The position numbers and the translations under genes were made by a program. The notes under the pieces are model-generated. The model worked only from the letters and a program-made list of their open reading frames with translations. It made no database searches and was not told the origin of the DNA. This document shows positions 10,102 to 20,940 of a stretch of DNA of 64,000 nucleotides, piece after piece. Source of the DNA: Tubulanus polymorphus (taxonomy: Eukaryota; Animalia; Nemertea); contig NC_134035.1 of assembly GCF_964204645.1 (NCBI RefSeq), positions 7,100,451 to 7,164,450 of the forward strand, written 5' to 3'. The stretch's first letter is position 1, and each line of letters opens with the position of its first letter.

Positions 10102-13035
10102 ATGGCCAGTCATGCACATCCTGAGTTTATCGTAGGTTCAAGTAGTAAATATTATAAGGATTTAACGCAATTATCAAAGTTTGGATTATCAAACTTCTCC
10201 TTGTTTCATCTAAATATAAGGAGTTTTAATAAGAATTTTGAGAATTTGCAATTATATTTACACTCCCTCTGTTTCAATTTTGGGATCTTAGCTTTTACTG
10301 AAACGTGGACTAAACTTCAACATGACAATAAGTCAATGTATAATTTGCCTGATTATGAGTCGATTTTCATAAGTAGACAGGATACACGTGGTGGTGGAAT
10401 AGCGATGTTTGTCCACAACACCATTAAATTTAGGATACTGGATGATTTTACATGTGTAAATGACACATTCGAAAGTTTATTTATAGAAATCCAATTACCA
10501 CATAATATGTCAAAACATATTGTTGGCACTATCTATCGACCGCCTGATGCAAGTGTCAATAACATTAATACTGATTTTCTACCACTCTTAGAAAACTTAA
10601 CTAGAACAGGGCGTAAGTGCTTCATTTTGGGCGATTTCAATATAAATCTTTTCAACGCCGACTCTCATAAACCGACTGGAGATTTTATTTTTAATATGCT
10701 TTCAACTGGTTTTACGAATTTAATAGATAAGTCAACACGAGTAACCGACAGATCTTCTACTCTTATTGACAATATATATTCAAACTGTTATTCTAGTTTA
10801 TATGCAATTTCAGGGATTCTGATCAATGATATATCTGACCACTTTCCAATTTTTGCAATTATGCCGGAAATCAAAGTCAACCATACATCAACTAGGACAG
10901 TTAGTTATCGAAAAATGTCAGATCATGATATCGCTCGATTTAAACGAAAGCTAATTGCACATGATTGGACTCATGTGTTTAATATTCATGATGCTAATGT
11001 TGCCTATAACTCTTTTTATGATGTATTCTATAAATACTACACGGAATGTTTCCCTATAATCAATAGAAAGTTTTCGATATAGGGACAAGAAACACGGATG
11101 GTTTTCTAACGGTTTATTGATTTCTTTGAAAAAGAAGGATTCTCTTTATAGAAGATACCTGTCTAGTAAACTTCAAACTGATAGAGATATCTACAATAGA
11201 TATAGAAACGTTTTTAATACTTGTATCAAAAAGGCTAAAACGCTTCACTATAACTCTATGTTAAACAATGCGAGAGATCCCAAGGAAACCTGGAAAATAA
11301 TTAATGACCTAATTAATAGAAAATCACCAAATTCTAAATATCCTGATGTTTTTGAACATGATGGTGTTATGTACAAAAATAATGTTAGTATAGCCAATGA
11401 ATTTAATAAGTGTTTTGCACAAGCGGGTCCAAATCTAGCCAATGATATTTTACCTACTAACAAAACATTTTTCTCTTTTCTGGGTCCGCCACAACAAAAT
11501 AATATCTTTTTCTCTCCCACAGATTCTTTGGAAATTGAAAATATTGTTTCAAAATTTAAAAATAGTAATAACACTGGTCATGATGGTATCAATCAAAAGA
11601 TCCTTAAGAGAGTAATTGACGCTATATCTCGGCCGTTAGCTCATATTTTAAATCTAAGTTTGATTAATGGACAAGTACCTGAATCCTTCAAAACATCTAA
11701 GATATTACCTTTGTTCAAATCTGGAGATGTTTCACATTTTTCAAACTACAGACCAATATCAATACTTCCATGTATTTCCAAGATCTTAGAAAAAGTAGTT
11801 TACAAAAGAGTTATAAGTTTTTTGGACAAGTATAAAATACTATCTCCATGTCAATTTGGATTTAGAAAAGACCATTCCACCAACATGGCTATTACTGTTA
11901 TCATAGATAAAATTATCAATAATTTAGACAATGGCAAATCAACTATAGGAATATTTTAGACCTTTCGCGTGCATTTGATACAGTGAATCATGAAATTCTA
12001 TTGTCTAAACTTTGCCATTATGGCATCAGAGGTACGCCATTACTCTGGTTTAGAAACTATCTTTCAAACCGTTTTCAGACTGTTCTTTTTAAAGAGACTA
12101 CTAGCACTAGCTATCCTGTATTCTGTGGAGTGCCTCAAGGATCTATTTTGGAGCCGATCCCTTTCTTATTATATATAAATGACCTTGCAAACGCATCAAG
12201 CATTTTTAATCTTATCATGTTTGCTGATGATGCTAATGTATTCACTTCTCATATCAATATTAATGAGTTAACTATAATAGTAAATACAGAACTACACAAA
12301 CTGAATATCTGGTTTCGGGCAAACAGGCTTTCATTGAATTTGAAAAAGACTCATTTCATGTTTTTCAGTCGTGCTAAACATAAACACTCAATTTCTATCA
12401 AAATCAACAATATGTCTATATCACAAGTCTCGACAACAAAATTTCTAGGCGTTCAAGTTGACGACCAGCTTACTTGGAAGTCACACATTAATAGCATCTG
12501 TACTAAACTATCACGGTTCATTGGTATAATGGGTAGACTTTATGGAATTTTGTCAAAAACAACTTTACTGCAGTTGTATTATTCTTTCATTTATTGCCAT
12601 CTCACCTATTGTAATATTGTATGGGGTAATACTTATCCTTCAAACTTAAGAAAGCTGGAACTTCTCCAGAAGAAAGCGGTCCGCATTATCTTTAAAACCG
12701 ATTTTAGAGCCCATACCTCACCATTATTTAAGTCTGCAAAAATTCTTAAATTGGCAGATATAAACAATTTTCAAATTGGACAATTCATGTATCTATATGT
12801 CAATAACAAGTTACCTGAGATGTTCAATAATTTTTTTAAGACGAATGACGTTGGATACAACACTAGAAACAGCAACAACATCCGCCCTGACTCATTCAAA
12901 TCAAATCTAAAAGGTTTTTCAATAAAAGTCAACGGTCCAAATATTTGGAATATTATGAATGATTCAATTAAAAACTCCCCTTCTATTGAAAGTTTCAAAA
13001 ATCGAACAAAAAACCTTTTACTTTCTCATTATTAA
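10102..13035 (+). pseudogene. LINE ORF2p (APE endonuclease + reverse transcriptase) with two frameshifts
   Basis: EN motifs HLNIRS, FTETW, GGGIAMFV, TIYRPP, GDFNIN, IDNIY, SDHFPI. RT motifs NYRPISILP, QFGFR, DLSRAFDTV, GVPQGSIL, FADD. Frameshifts at about 11080 and about 11955; the conserved GPxLF is altered to EPIPF. Confidence 0.92.
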
Positions 13036-13189
13036 TCGTTACAGTTTATTCATGAAAATAATAATAATGATAATTATGTATAAGGTGCAATGACCTTCTC
13101 AAATGGTACTTACTTATGCTCATATGATGTATGTATAACCTTGGAATAAACTCCAAGGTATAACTTTATGTATTTATATGTATACATTT

Positions 13190-13325
13190 TTGTGTGTGTG
13201 TCTACTTGTAAATGCGTGTGAATATATGTGTGTGGTTTTCTTATATGTGGTGGGTGTTTTGGTGTGTGCGTGTGTGCTGCTTGCTTGCGAGTGTGTGTGC
13301 GTGTGTGTGTTTGTGTGTATCGTGC
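13190..13325 (+). repeat. Imperfect (GT)n microsatellite in the LINE 3'UTR
   Basis: Runs of TGTGTGTG/GTGCGT are directly visible. Confidence 0.8.
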
Positions 13326-14763
13326 GTATTTCATCTCTATTTGTTCCTTTTGGGGTGCCTGATATTACAAGCTCTGCTTTCCTCTGGTTGCCCTGCTGTT
13401 ATTTTACATCAGTTTATATATATTTTGTATGAACCAAATTAATCATCTATTGTAATTTTGTCTGGTATTTACTTATTGATGTAAATTATTCAGGAAATAA
13501 ATAAATAATAATATCGCGTCAAGTCGACATGAATATGTCGATATATCGTGACGTTTTGACGACATATCTCGTTCTCTCGACCACTTTCCTCGCGACAAGT
13601 CGACATATTCACGACGACTTGAAACTCAGTCGTCATTTCACTGGCGTCCTCATCTTACATTTAGACATGTCTTCAAATGACGGCTTGTCCCGTGGAAAAT
13701 GGGCGAAAAAGCGAAATTTGTCGTGAAAACGTCCCGATATGTCGACATATTCATGTCGACTTGACGCGATATATCGCGATATATCGACATAAATATGGCG
13801 ACTTGTCGAGTTGGAACGCGACATCTCGAGGCCCCTTATCGCTTCCGTATGGAGCAGTCCTGTTATTTTTTATTATCTATTTTACAATCAAACCCATTAC
13901 AGGTATTAGAGGGACAACACAAAATTTAAAGATTTCATAACACTGTAGAAAATTGACTAATAAGACTCTACTCGAAGTATTCAGAACTAGAATTATTTCA
14001 TTGATACAAAATATCGTGAGTTGGTATTAGCCACGTGGACAGCAAGCATTACACAAACATAGGTGTTCTAAGGCTTGCCGGGCGCTAAACCGTTCTTCGA
14101 TTGAACATTCTAGGTCAGATGAGAAAAGTTTCTTGACACTTTTTTTTTTTTTCTGGACTAGGTCCAATCCCAATGCTAAGTATCCGATTCTAATCCTCAA
14201 AAAATGTTTAGAATTTAGAAAATTGCCATGAAAATAGCGTAATACGCGCATGCAGAAAATCGACGGTCAACCACTCGCGTGCGCTTTGCGCTTGTCTCAA
14301 CCGGTGGCCACGCGCGTTTCTATGAAGTTATTTTTGCCAATGTAGTATCAATATCCTCAGATAAAACTCTATCTTCAATGAAAAATTGTACATTGTATCT
14401 CAAAACTTGAAAAAGTTACAGTTAATAACACAAAATTACCAATCTTTTTGAGGCGCCTTCCTTAAAGTGACGTATATTTTTTAAACTGTAACTGTATCCG
14501 ATTGTTGCAGCCGAGAAAAATAAAATAAACACCATCAGAAATAATAAATTGTCACCTTTCTAACGATACATGACTTAATTTTTTGAAGCAAAAGAGGGAT
14601 GGACAACAATGAATCGCGCTAAAGGTTTTAGTTTAAAAAATGTGAAAATCTGTCCAAAAATGCGGGACCTGTGGGACCGCCTAAAAATGGCGCCTGGAAA
14701 CTGGAAACTTCCCTATTCAATACACATCAACAGTTACGATATATATGATGATTGTTCTCCATT

Positions 14764-15447
14764 TCAAAAAGTTTTTCGAACGAATTGTGAAGCAATAGAT
14801 GCCGCATGTTCGCGAGCCTTCAGATGTAAACTGGTACGAGTGGTGCCCTCCTGATCGTCGTTGATACTCGGCGCGACTAAGTTGAAAAGACGAATCGGTA
14901 TCATAGCCTGCTCTAACGGCGTCATACACCCAGTACCGAGCGCGTTCATGCTGCTGTAACGTCGCTGTAACATGTTCTGATAAATATCAGCGCTCGTCTA
15001 CAAAAAAAACAATATTCGAATAATTGTTTTTATCGTTATTCATCGAAAAAAAAAAAACATTTTGGCGATTTATATTTCGGGCATAAATATCTTTAGCTCG
15101 TGGCCCAGCATCCTAGAATACACATTTGGCAGAGTTGAAATGTCGAGATGATGATCTTTTTGCAAATCAAAATTTTGTAAAAATCAGTGAAACACCTACC
15201 CGGGAATGACAAATGACACTTACTAACAAACTGCTATGTTGCTGAGATGTCCACTGTTGTCCATTGTTACCTAACGACATATTGTTACGGTATACCCCTG
15301 AAAAACACCCTTGCTTCTCCAACTTTCTCCATTTTGCTCTCCTATTCTGGAACCAGACCTGAGAAATGAAATGATACCTCGAATGATGGTAAAAATCAAT
15401 ATGTGGTGGGACATAACTCTAAATCCATAAGGACATAACTCTATAGG

Positions 15448-15487
<40 letters not shown>

Positions 15488-18373
15488 ATTTAGAGTTATG
15501 TCCTCATCTTACATTTAGACGTGTCTAAATGACGGCTTGTCCCGTGGAAAATGGGCGAAAAAGCGAAATTTGTCGTGAAAACGTCACGATATGTCGACAT
15601 ATTCATGTCGACTGGATGCGATATATCGCGATATATCGACATAAATATGGCGACTTGTCGAGTTTGAACGCGACATCTCGAGGCCCCTTATCGCTTCCGT
15701 AGTCATTTGAAGACACGTCTAAATGTAAGATGAGGACACCAGTGAAATGACGACTGAGTTTCAAGTCGTCGTGAATATGTCGACTTGTCACGAGGAAAGT
15801 GGTCGAGAGAACGAAATATGTCGTCAAAACGTCACGATATATCGACATATTCATGTCGACTTGACGCGATATATCGCGGTATGTCGACATTAATATGACG
15901 ACTTGTCGAGTTGGAAGGCGACATCTCGAGGCCCCTTATCGCTTCCGTACTTTTTCGCCCATTTTCCACGGGACAAGCAGTCATTTGAAGACACGTCTAA
16001 ATGTAAGATGAGGACGCCAGTAATATGACGAGTTTCAAGTCGTCATGAATATGTCGATTTGTCGCGAGGAAAATGGTCGTGAAAACGAAATATGTCGTCA
16101 AAACGTGACGATATGTCGACATATTCATGTCGACTTGACGCGATATATCGCGATATATCGACATAAATATGACGACTTGCCGAGTTGGAACTCGACATCT
16201 CGAGGCCCTTTATCGCTTCCGTACACTCTTTACAAGTGGCAATTCATGATCAATATTCACCTGTATCCTCGACTCTCGTAAATCGGTTCTTTCAGCCAAG
16301 CGTTCGCGCATAAAAACATCTGGATAATGCGTTTTCCAGAACGCTTTCTCCAGTTCTTGTATTTGAGATACTGTGAAAGTGGTGCGACTGCGTTTAGATT
16401 TGTCATGGCAAGTGGCAGCCAAACTTTCTTTTTTCTCATCAAACATCGGCGACCACGAGGCTGCCGCAATGTTTACAGTATCTAGAAAATAATAAAATTA
16501 GTTTTAAACACTTCTAAACACATGCTGACATTTTTGGAAAAATGTGTACGTGCGATAAGCTGAAAGCTCGATAAAACCAGGTGGATTAATATTTATATTC
16601 AAATCAGTTAGCTACTGAGGTAAGATATTGTCTTTGACCCATCGGTATAAGCTATTGGATTATCTATCTGATTCGACTTATCGATCTTTACCCGCGTGTC
16701 CATACTTCAGACGAAGAATCTTGAAGCATGAGTCCGGTAAAATCGAAAAACTAGAATCGAGCTTAGATATTTGCGAGGATTCGAAAGGTAAGTGACATTT
16801 CGATTTTGAAAAGCATGTAGTGAATATAGAATACTATACGAATAACGATGTGATTAATATGAAACCTATGATAAATATGTGTGTTCATTTGGACAACGAA
16901 ACACAAGATGATTTCACAAAGTCAATCAGCCAACGAATAAAATCGACCATTCCCCAATAAACTTATCTCAGGCAGTCTTTAGAACGTTCTGGGAGCCCGT
17001 TGGCTGCGTAATATTCTTATTTTGTTCCTTGTGGAAGTGACCTCATCTTTCAATGATTGGATCAGTGATTTATCGTCAGGTAAGGCCGCTACTATGTGTG
17101 GCGGGTAAACCATTTCAGCCAATAAAGCGTGGCTCACCGCATCGTCCACATTTCTAGGATGTTGTGGTTTCACAAATTTCCTTATACGTATCGGACAAGA
17201 ACCGGACATGAAGGTATGAAGCTAGTAAAGTACCCAGTTTGATGATTTTGGAGCGGATAATAGGGGCGGCTCACGTGGACCCTGTTTTCGGCCGAGGAGT
17301 GTCTGCCCCTGCACCCAGTACAGATCCTGTGGATCTAGCTTAGTCCGTAGTCCCGACGTATTTAAGCGAATACGCAAGTGGGTCTGGACCAGAATGCTGG
17401 GCCACGACATCATTTCGTCGCGCGCAACTCCCTTCAAATAACACTCTTGCGCAGATCGATCTGTTATGAATTTAACTTGAATAGAAATAATGTGTCCTTC
17501 CTTACTTCTAATGATGATTATGATGTATCACAATCTGCCACTCATTGACCTATGTATCGAACGACTGTATTATTGATGATATCATAGATTAATATTCATG
17601 TCCGATATGCCCGAGTGTCTTTTTGGTAAAATTGTTTGTCTTTTTGTTTTGATTGAACGGTATCTGTTTATTTTTTTCTTTGTAATCAAAATTTTTGTTT
17701 TTCTTTCAATTTCTTTATCCTATAAACCTGTGTGTATCTTTCTACTTCTGTATGAACTGATTAAAACAAAAAATATGATTTACGATGAATTAATATTTAA
17801 ATGAATAAGCCTGGCAGCTTTCATGTCGTCATCCAAGTTGTATATCAAAAGTCCAGAAATATGTTAAAACAGGAAAAATAGGGGCGGTTTGCTTTTACAT
17901 TGTCGAAACAATAACACGCAATTGTAATAATTGTAATATATGTTACGACAGTTGTGCCAGCGCACTGACCGGGACAGGGGATCGAACCCGGGTCTCGTGC
18001 GTGCTAACCACAGAACTAGTCCACTTGGGCAGTGGTTACTTAGCTTGAACTATTATCAAACGTAATATGTATACCTTACATTTGATCAAGTGAAATGGAA
18101 AAGTAATCACTTTTTCACTTGTTGCCATCATATCATGATATTTTTTATGGTCTCCCTGTGGTTACATCACACTACAACGACCACAGAAAATATCGTCTTA
18201 CCTCGATTGATTATTGATGGCACTCCAAAGTTCGTCATTATTTTTGCATTTGCATTCGTAGCTTCTACTGCTGGTTTTCTTTCATCCGTTCCCGATTTAA
18301 CGTCTCCGAGAATCGAGGCGATCGTGAATTCGCGATATCTGTCGATGGGTTTACTCTCCGAGACGTTTGACAT
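14764..18373 (-). CDS. Paired-like (PRD class, Q50) homeobox transcription factor, Aristaless/Arx-like but divergent; complement(join(14764..14997,15224..15358,16261..16481,18202..18373)), 253 aa
   Basis: Exon 1 has the eh1 motif FTIASILG. The homeodomain [46 protein letters not shown]|[14 protein letters not shown] is split at the canonical PRD intron position 46/47. The last exon has OAR-like [12 protein letters not shown]. All introns are GT-AG with matching phases (1,0,0). Confidence 0.92.
15449..15482. repeat. (TA)n microsatellite flanked by a short inverted repeat (GGACATAACTCTA / TAGAGTTATGTCC)
   Basis: Directly visible. Confidence 0.8.
15500..16223. mobile_element. Three abutting one-ended fragments of the TACGGAAGCG MITE (15500-15701, 15702-15949, 15950-16223) in homeobox intron 2
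   Basis: Each fragment ends exactly at the TIR terminus GCTTCCGTA. The first two are followed immediately by internal sequence of the next fragment. Confidence 0.85.
16979..17225 (-). pseudogene. Possible degraded retrotransposon Gag-like remnant in homeobox intron 1
   Basis: F..G...IRKFV...[16 protein letters not shown] resembles the capsid C-terminal pattern of Gypsy Gag (F..GL...I...V....P.tl.eA...A...E). No LTR or pol seen. Confidence 0.3.
17966..18045 (-). repeat. tRNA-derived SINE head or tRNA pseudogene
   Basis: Minus strand has T-arm/B-box CCCGGGTTCGATCCCCTG and an A-box-like GCCCAAGTGG. No complete cloverleaf. Confidence 0.5.
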
Positions 18374-19144
18374 GCTCGTTTTGTAATTAACACCACGCAT
18401 TAAAGCGATCTGAAATCCAAGTATTCTAACCAAAAGTTTATTTGGCGACGCAAGAAAGTCCATAAGTGCGCATGCGTTTTCGATGTCGCACGCTGATCTT
18501 CCAAGAATATAATATTCTTATTTTTTAGATGTTTTTGGCGGCCGAATGCGCGCGTGAACTTTAAAAATTCGTACCCGCGGCCAAAGCAATTTCAAGGCCG
18601 TTTTATCCAGGTTCTGCGCAGGAATATTTTGCAGCAAAAACCGCAGGCGATCGTCGTCTATGAGTTTATATTCGACGACAAGTCTTATCAAGAACATAAC
18701 TGAATATTTTATACTTATGTGGGTTTTTCGTTAGTAACTCAGTTACATGAAACGCATTTTTCATTGCCTTGTTATTAAAGCCACGATCGACTTTAGCAAG
18801 GCTTCCCTGTGCGCTTAACTTGAAAGCTTTGCTAAATTCAATCGGATTAGCGATAAAACGGCGACGAGCGCGCGGGTTCTGTCGGGAAGCCGTGCTAGAG
18901 CCCGCTACACCGCTAATGTTTGTCAATTGTGAAACAAACTGGCTAAATCAAACGTGAACAATAGACCAATCGAGTTGGAAACGCTTGCTTGATTAACACT
19001 GAACGATTGTTCATACGGCATCTTTTCTAGGTGAATCTTACGGTGACTGATTTTGTTATCAATAAAACGATGATAATCAACTGACGAAACATTGCTACAT
19101 TAAGAAAGATGTCTTCACTGTTTTTATTTTTGTTTAACAAACTA

Positions 19145-19303
19145 TAGCCGTGATCGCACGAGCCTTTTTGGGCCGCAACAACTGTTCATTCGGGTACCGA
19201 ATAGGCTCGTGCCTGTTTGGTCCGACCTAAAAGGCCGGACCAGAAATTTGACTCGGGCCTGATCCGTGTCAATTTGGCCATCACTTCCGTGTGATCGCGG
19301 CAT
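19145..19303. mobile_element. Short MITE-like element
   Basis: Inverted termini GCCGTGATCGCACG / CGTGTGATCGCGGC with TA-rich flanks. Confidence 0.5.
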
Positions 19304-19829
19304 AAGATACAATGTATATATACGTATGAAGATAACAAGGATTTCTCAGAAGCTCTCTAAATTGGATCGTAATTTTTGTCCATAGTAAACGAATTGTGTA
19401 ACAGAATATTCAACGAGTTGTTAAGTGAATATATTGAGCTTAGAATTAATTACGGGTAGAAAGAACAGTACAGTAAACCTCGGGTTTAACAATACCCATC
19501 TAGTGTTTTATTTCAAGAGTTGTCTTTTTGTCTCACCAAGTGGTTTTAGATATTCCCGATAGTAGAATTAAAACAGATTGTAATAGAAATCTTAGCTCAA
19601 TATGCAGGCGTCAAAAAAAATCCTGACACCTCCTGTACAGGAAAGCGTCGGGCATTCGACATCTACGACAGTGATACGACGTCGGAATCCTGGGTACGGA
19701 AATTGTCGTTTGGATCGAGTCGAATGTCTAGCCATGGTTATCATTCGTCTTTCATGAAAGCAGATATATATATCCATTGCCATTTGACGTACTCATTGAT
19801 CTCATGGGGCCCTTTATTCCTAGATTATT

Positions 19830-20400
19830 AAACTGAAAAAAAAGCTGTTCGAATTATTTCTAAATCAGCTAGCCCCGCAGATCCAATCTTTCGCATATTA
19901 AAAATTCTAAAATTCCAAGACATGGTCCAGTTAGAAATACTTAGACACACGTATCGGCTTATCAACAATGAACTACCAGCACCGATCATAGACTTTATTT
20001 CTAAAGAATTCTGTATATCATCAACGCAATACTCGTAAGCACAATCATCCTCGAATCGCTCATCATAAAAGCACTCATAATAGGTTTCCTCAACTTAATT
20101 CCAGTAATGTGGCAAAACTCTAATAACAACCTTAAGTCAAAACATCAGTCCAATGAACTCTTGTAATACTGAATTTCAAACAATTATTTATCTGAGCCAT
20201 GTTTACTGTACTAGTGTGTTGTGTGTGAATATATGAATGTTTGCATGCTGTGAAGAATAAGTGTGGAGTGGGTGCCCAGACCTACAAGCATTTGCTTCAC
20301 TGGGTTCCTTCATTTGATATTGGCACATTTTATACTTGTATTCATGTATGGATATCATGTTATAAATTGATTCAATTTCTTTGGAAAATGAAGATTATTA
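19830..20400 (+). mobile_element. Degraded 3' fragment of a CR1-group LINE
   Basis: Decayed KKAVRII...PIF..LKILKFQD similar to the C-terminus of the ORF2 at 12670-12770, followed by a GT-rich 3'UTR of similar layout. Confidence 0.6.
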
Positions 20401-20678
20401 GAATTCTCTGTTGTTTTAACATCTGTTGTTTTAACATCAGCAAAACAAAAGATAATATTTTAACGTAAATAATATTTTAATGATACATGTATTTTGACTT
20501 AAATCTATGAACCATATCTTCAAAAACCATCGCAGCATTTGGTCATAATGGTCGAAAGGGTAAAATACGTTGTTTCTCCGCAACGGCCCGGTCAGAAAAT
20601 ATTATGCTGAAAGTTTGTAAAAAATGGGTGTAAATGAGCTGACATTTATTATTAATTGTACATAAAAAGGGAGGAAAT

Positions 20679-20940
20679 GGGTGTGACTATTTCACATGGC
20701 TCAGGATGACCTTCATATCAAACTTCGAAAATTCAAAAGAACAACAACGAAAATTGGGATACGATCTCAAAAACAGAGTGCGAGCGTAAATGCTGGAAAC
20801 GCCTCTGTTTAACTACTTATAACCCTAATCCTAACCCCCCTGGGACCTCTAGACCCTAACCTGCTGGACCCTACGTAAATCCGATTGAAAAAGCCGCCAT
20901 TTCTAAAGGTCACCCTGAGCCATGTGAAATAGTCAAACCC
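20679..20940. mobile_element. MITE with 9-bp TSD (Mutator-like)
   Basis: TIRs GGGTGTGACTATTTCACATGGCTCAGGATGACCTT / AAGGTCACCCTGAGCCATGTGAAATAGTCAAACCC. Flanks are GGAGGAAAT (20670-20678) and GGGGGAAAT (20941-20949). Internal CCTAAC repeats. Confidence 0.75.

Larger units (their letters stand above)
8494..13510 (+). mobile_element. Apparently full-length CR1-group (CR1/Crack/L2-like) non-LTR retrotransposon, about 5.0 kb
   Basis: 5'UTR starts GAAAACCAATATGGCG, followed by ORF1, ORF2 (APE endonuclease + RT), a GT-rich 3'UTR and an (AAAT)n/(AAT)n tail. There is no clear TSD. Confidence 0.92.
8416..13849. mobile_element. TACGGAAGCG-family MITE copy 2, split by a LINE (8416-8493 and ~13511-13849), inverted relative to copy 1
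   Basis: The left TIR breaks at ...ATATCGCGATA (8493) and resumes at TATCGCGTCAAGTCG after the LINE tail. It ends ...GCTTCCGTA at 13849. Confidence 0.85.

Noticed and set aside
13900-14465. Possible Kolobok-type element ending ...GGCGCCTTCC|TTAA
   Set aside because: Only one terminus is visible and I found no matching TIR.
7960-16281. Recurrent short ORFs (MSIYRD.., ..[10 protein letters not shown]..) and CRISPR-like periodicity
   Set aside because: These are translations of the palindromic MITE. There are no constant repeats with unique spacers, no cas genes, and the context is eukaryotic.
20820-20870. CCCTAA telomere-like repeats (also 51295-51420)
   Set aside because: Short, degenerate and inside or next to repeat elements. 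Not an interstitial telomere array.
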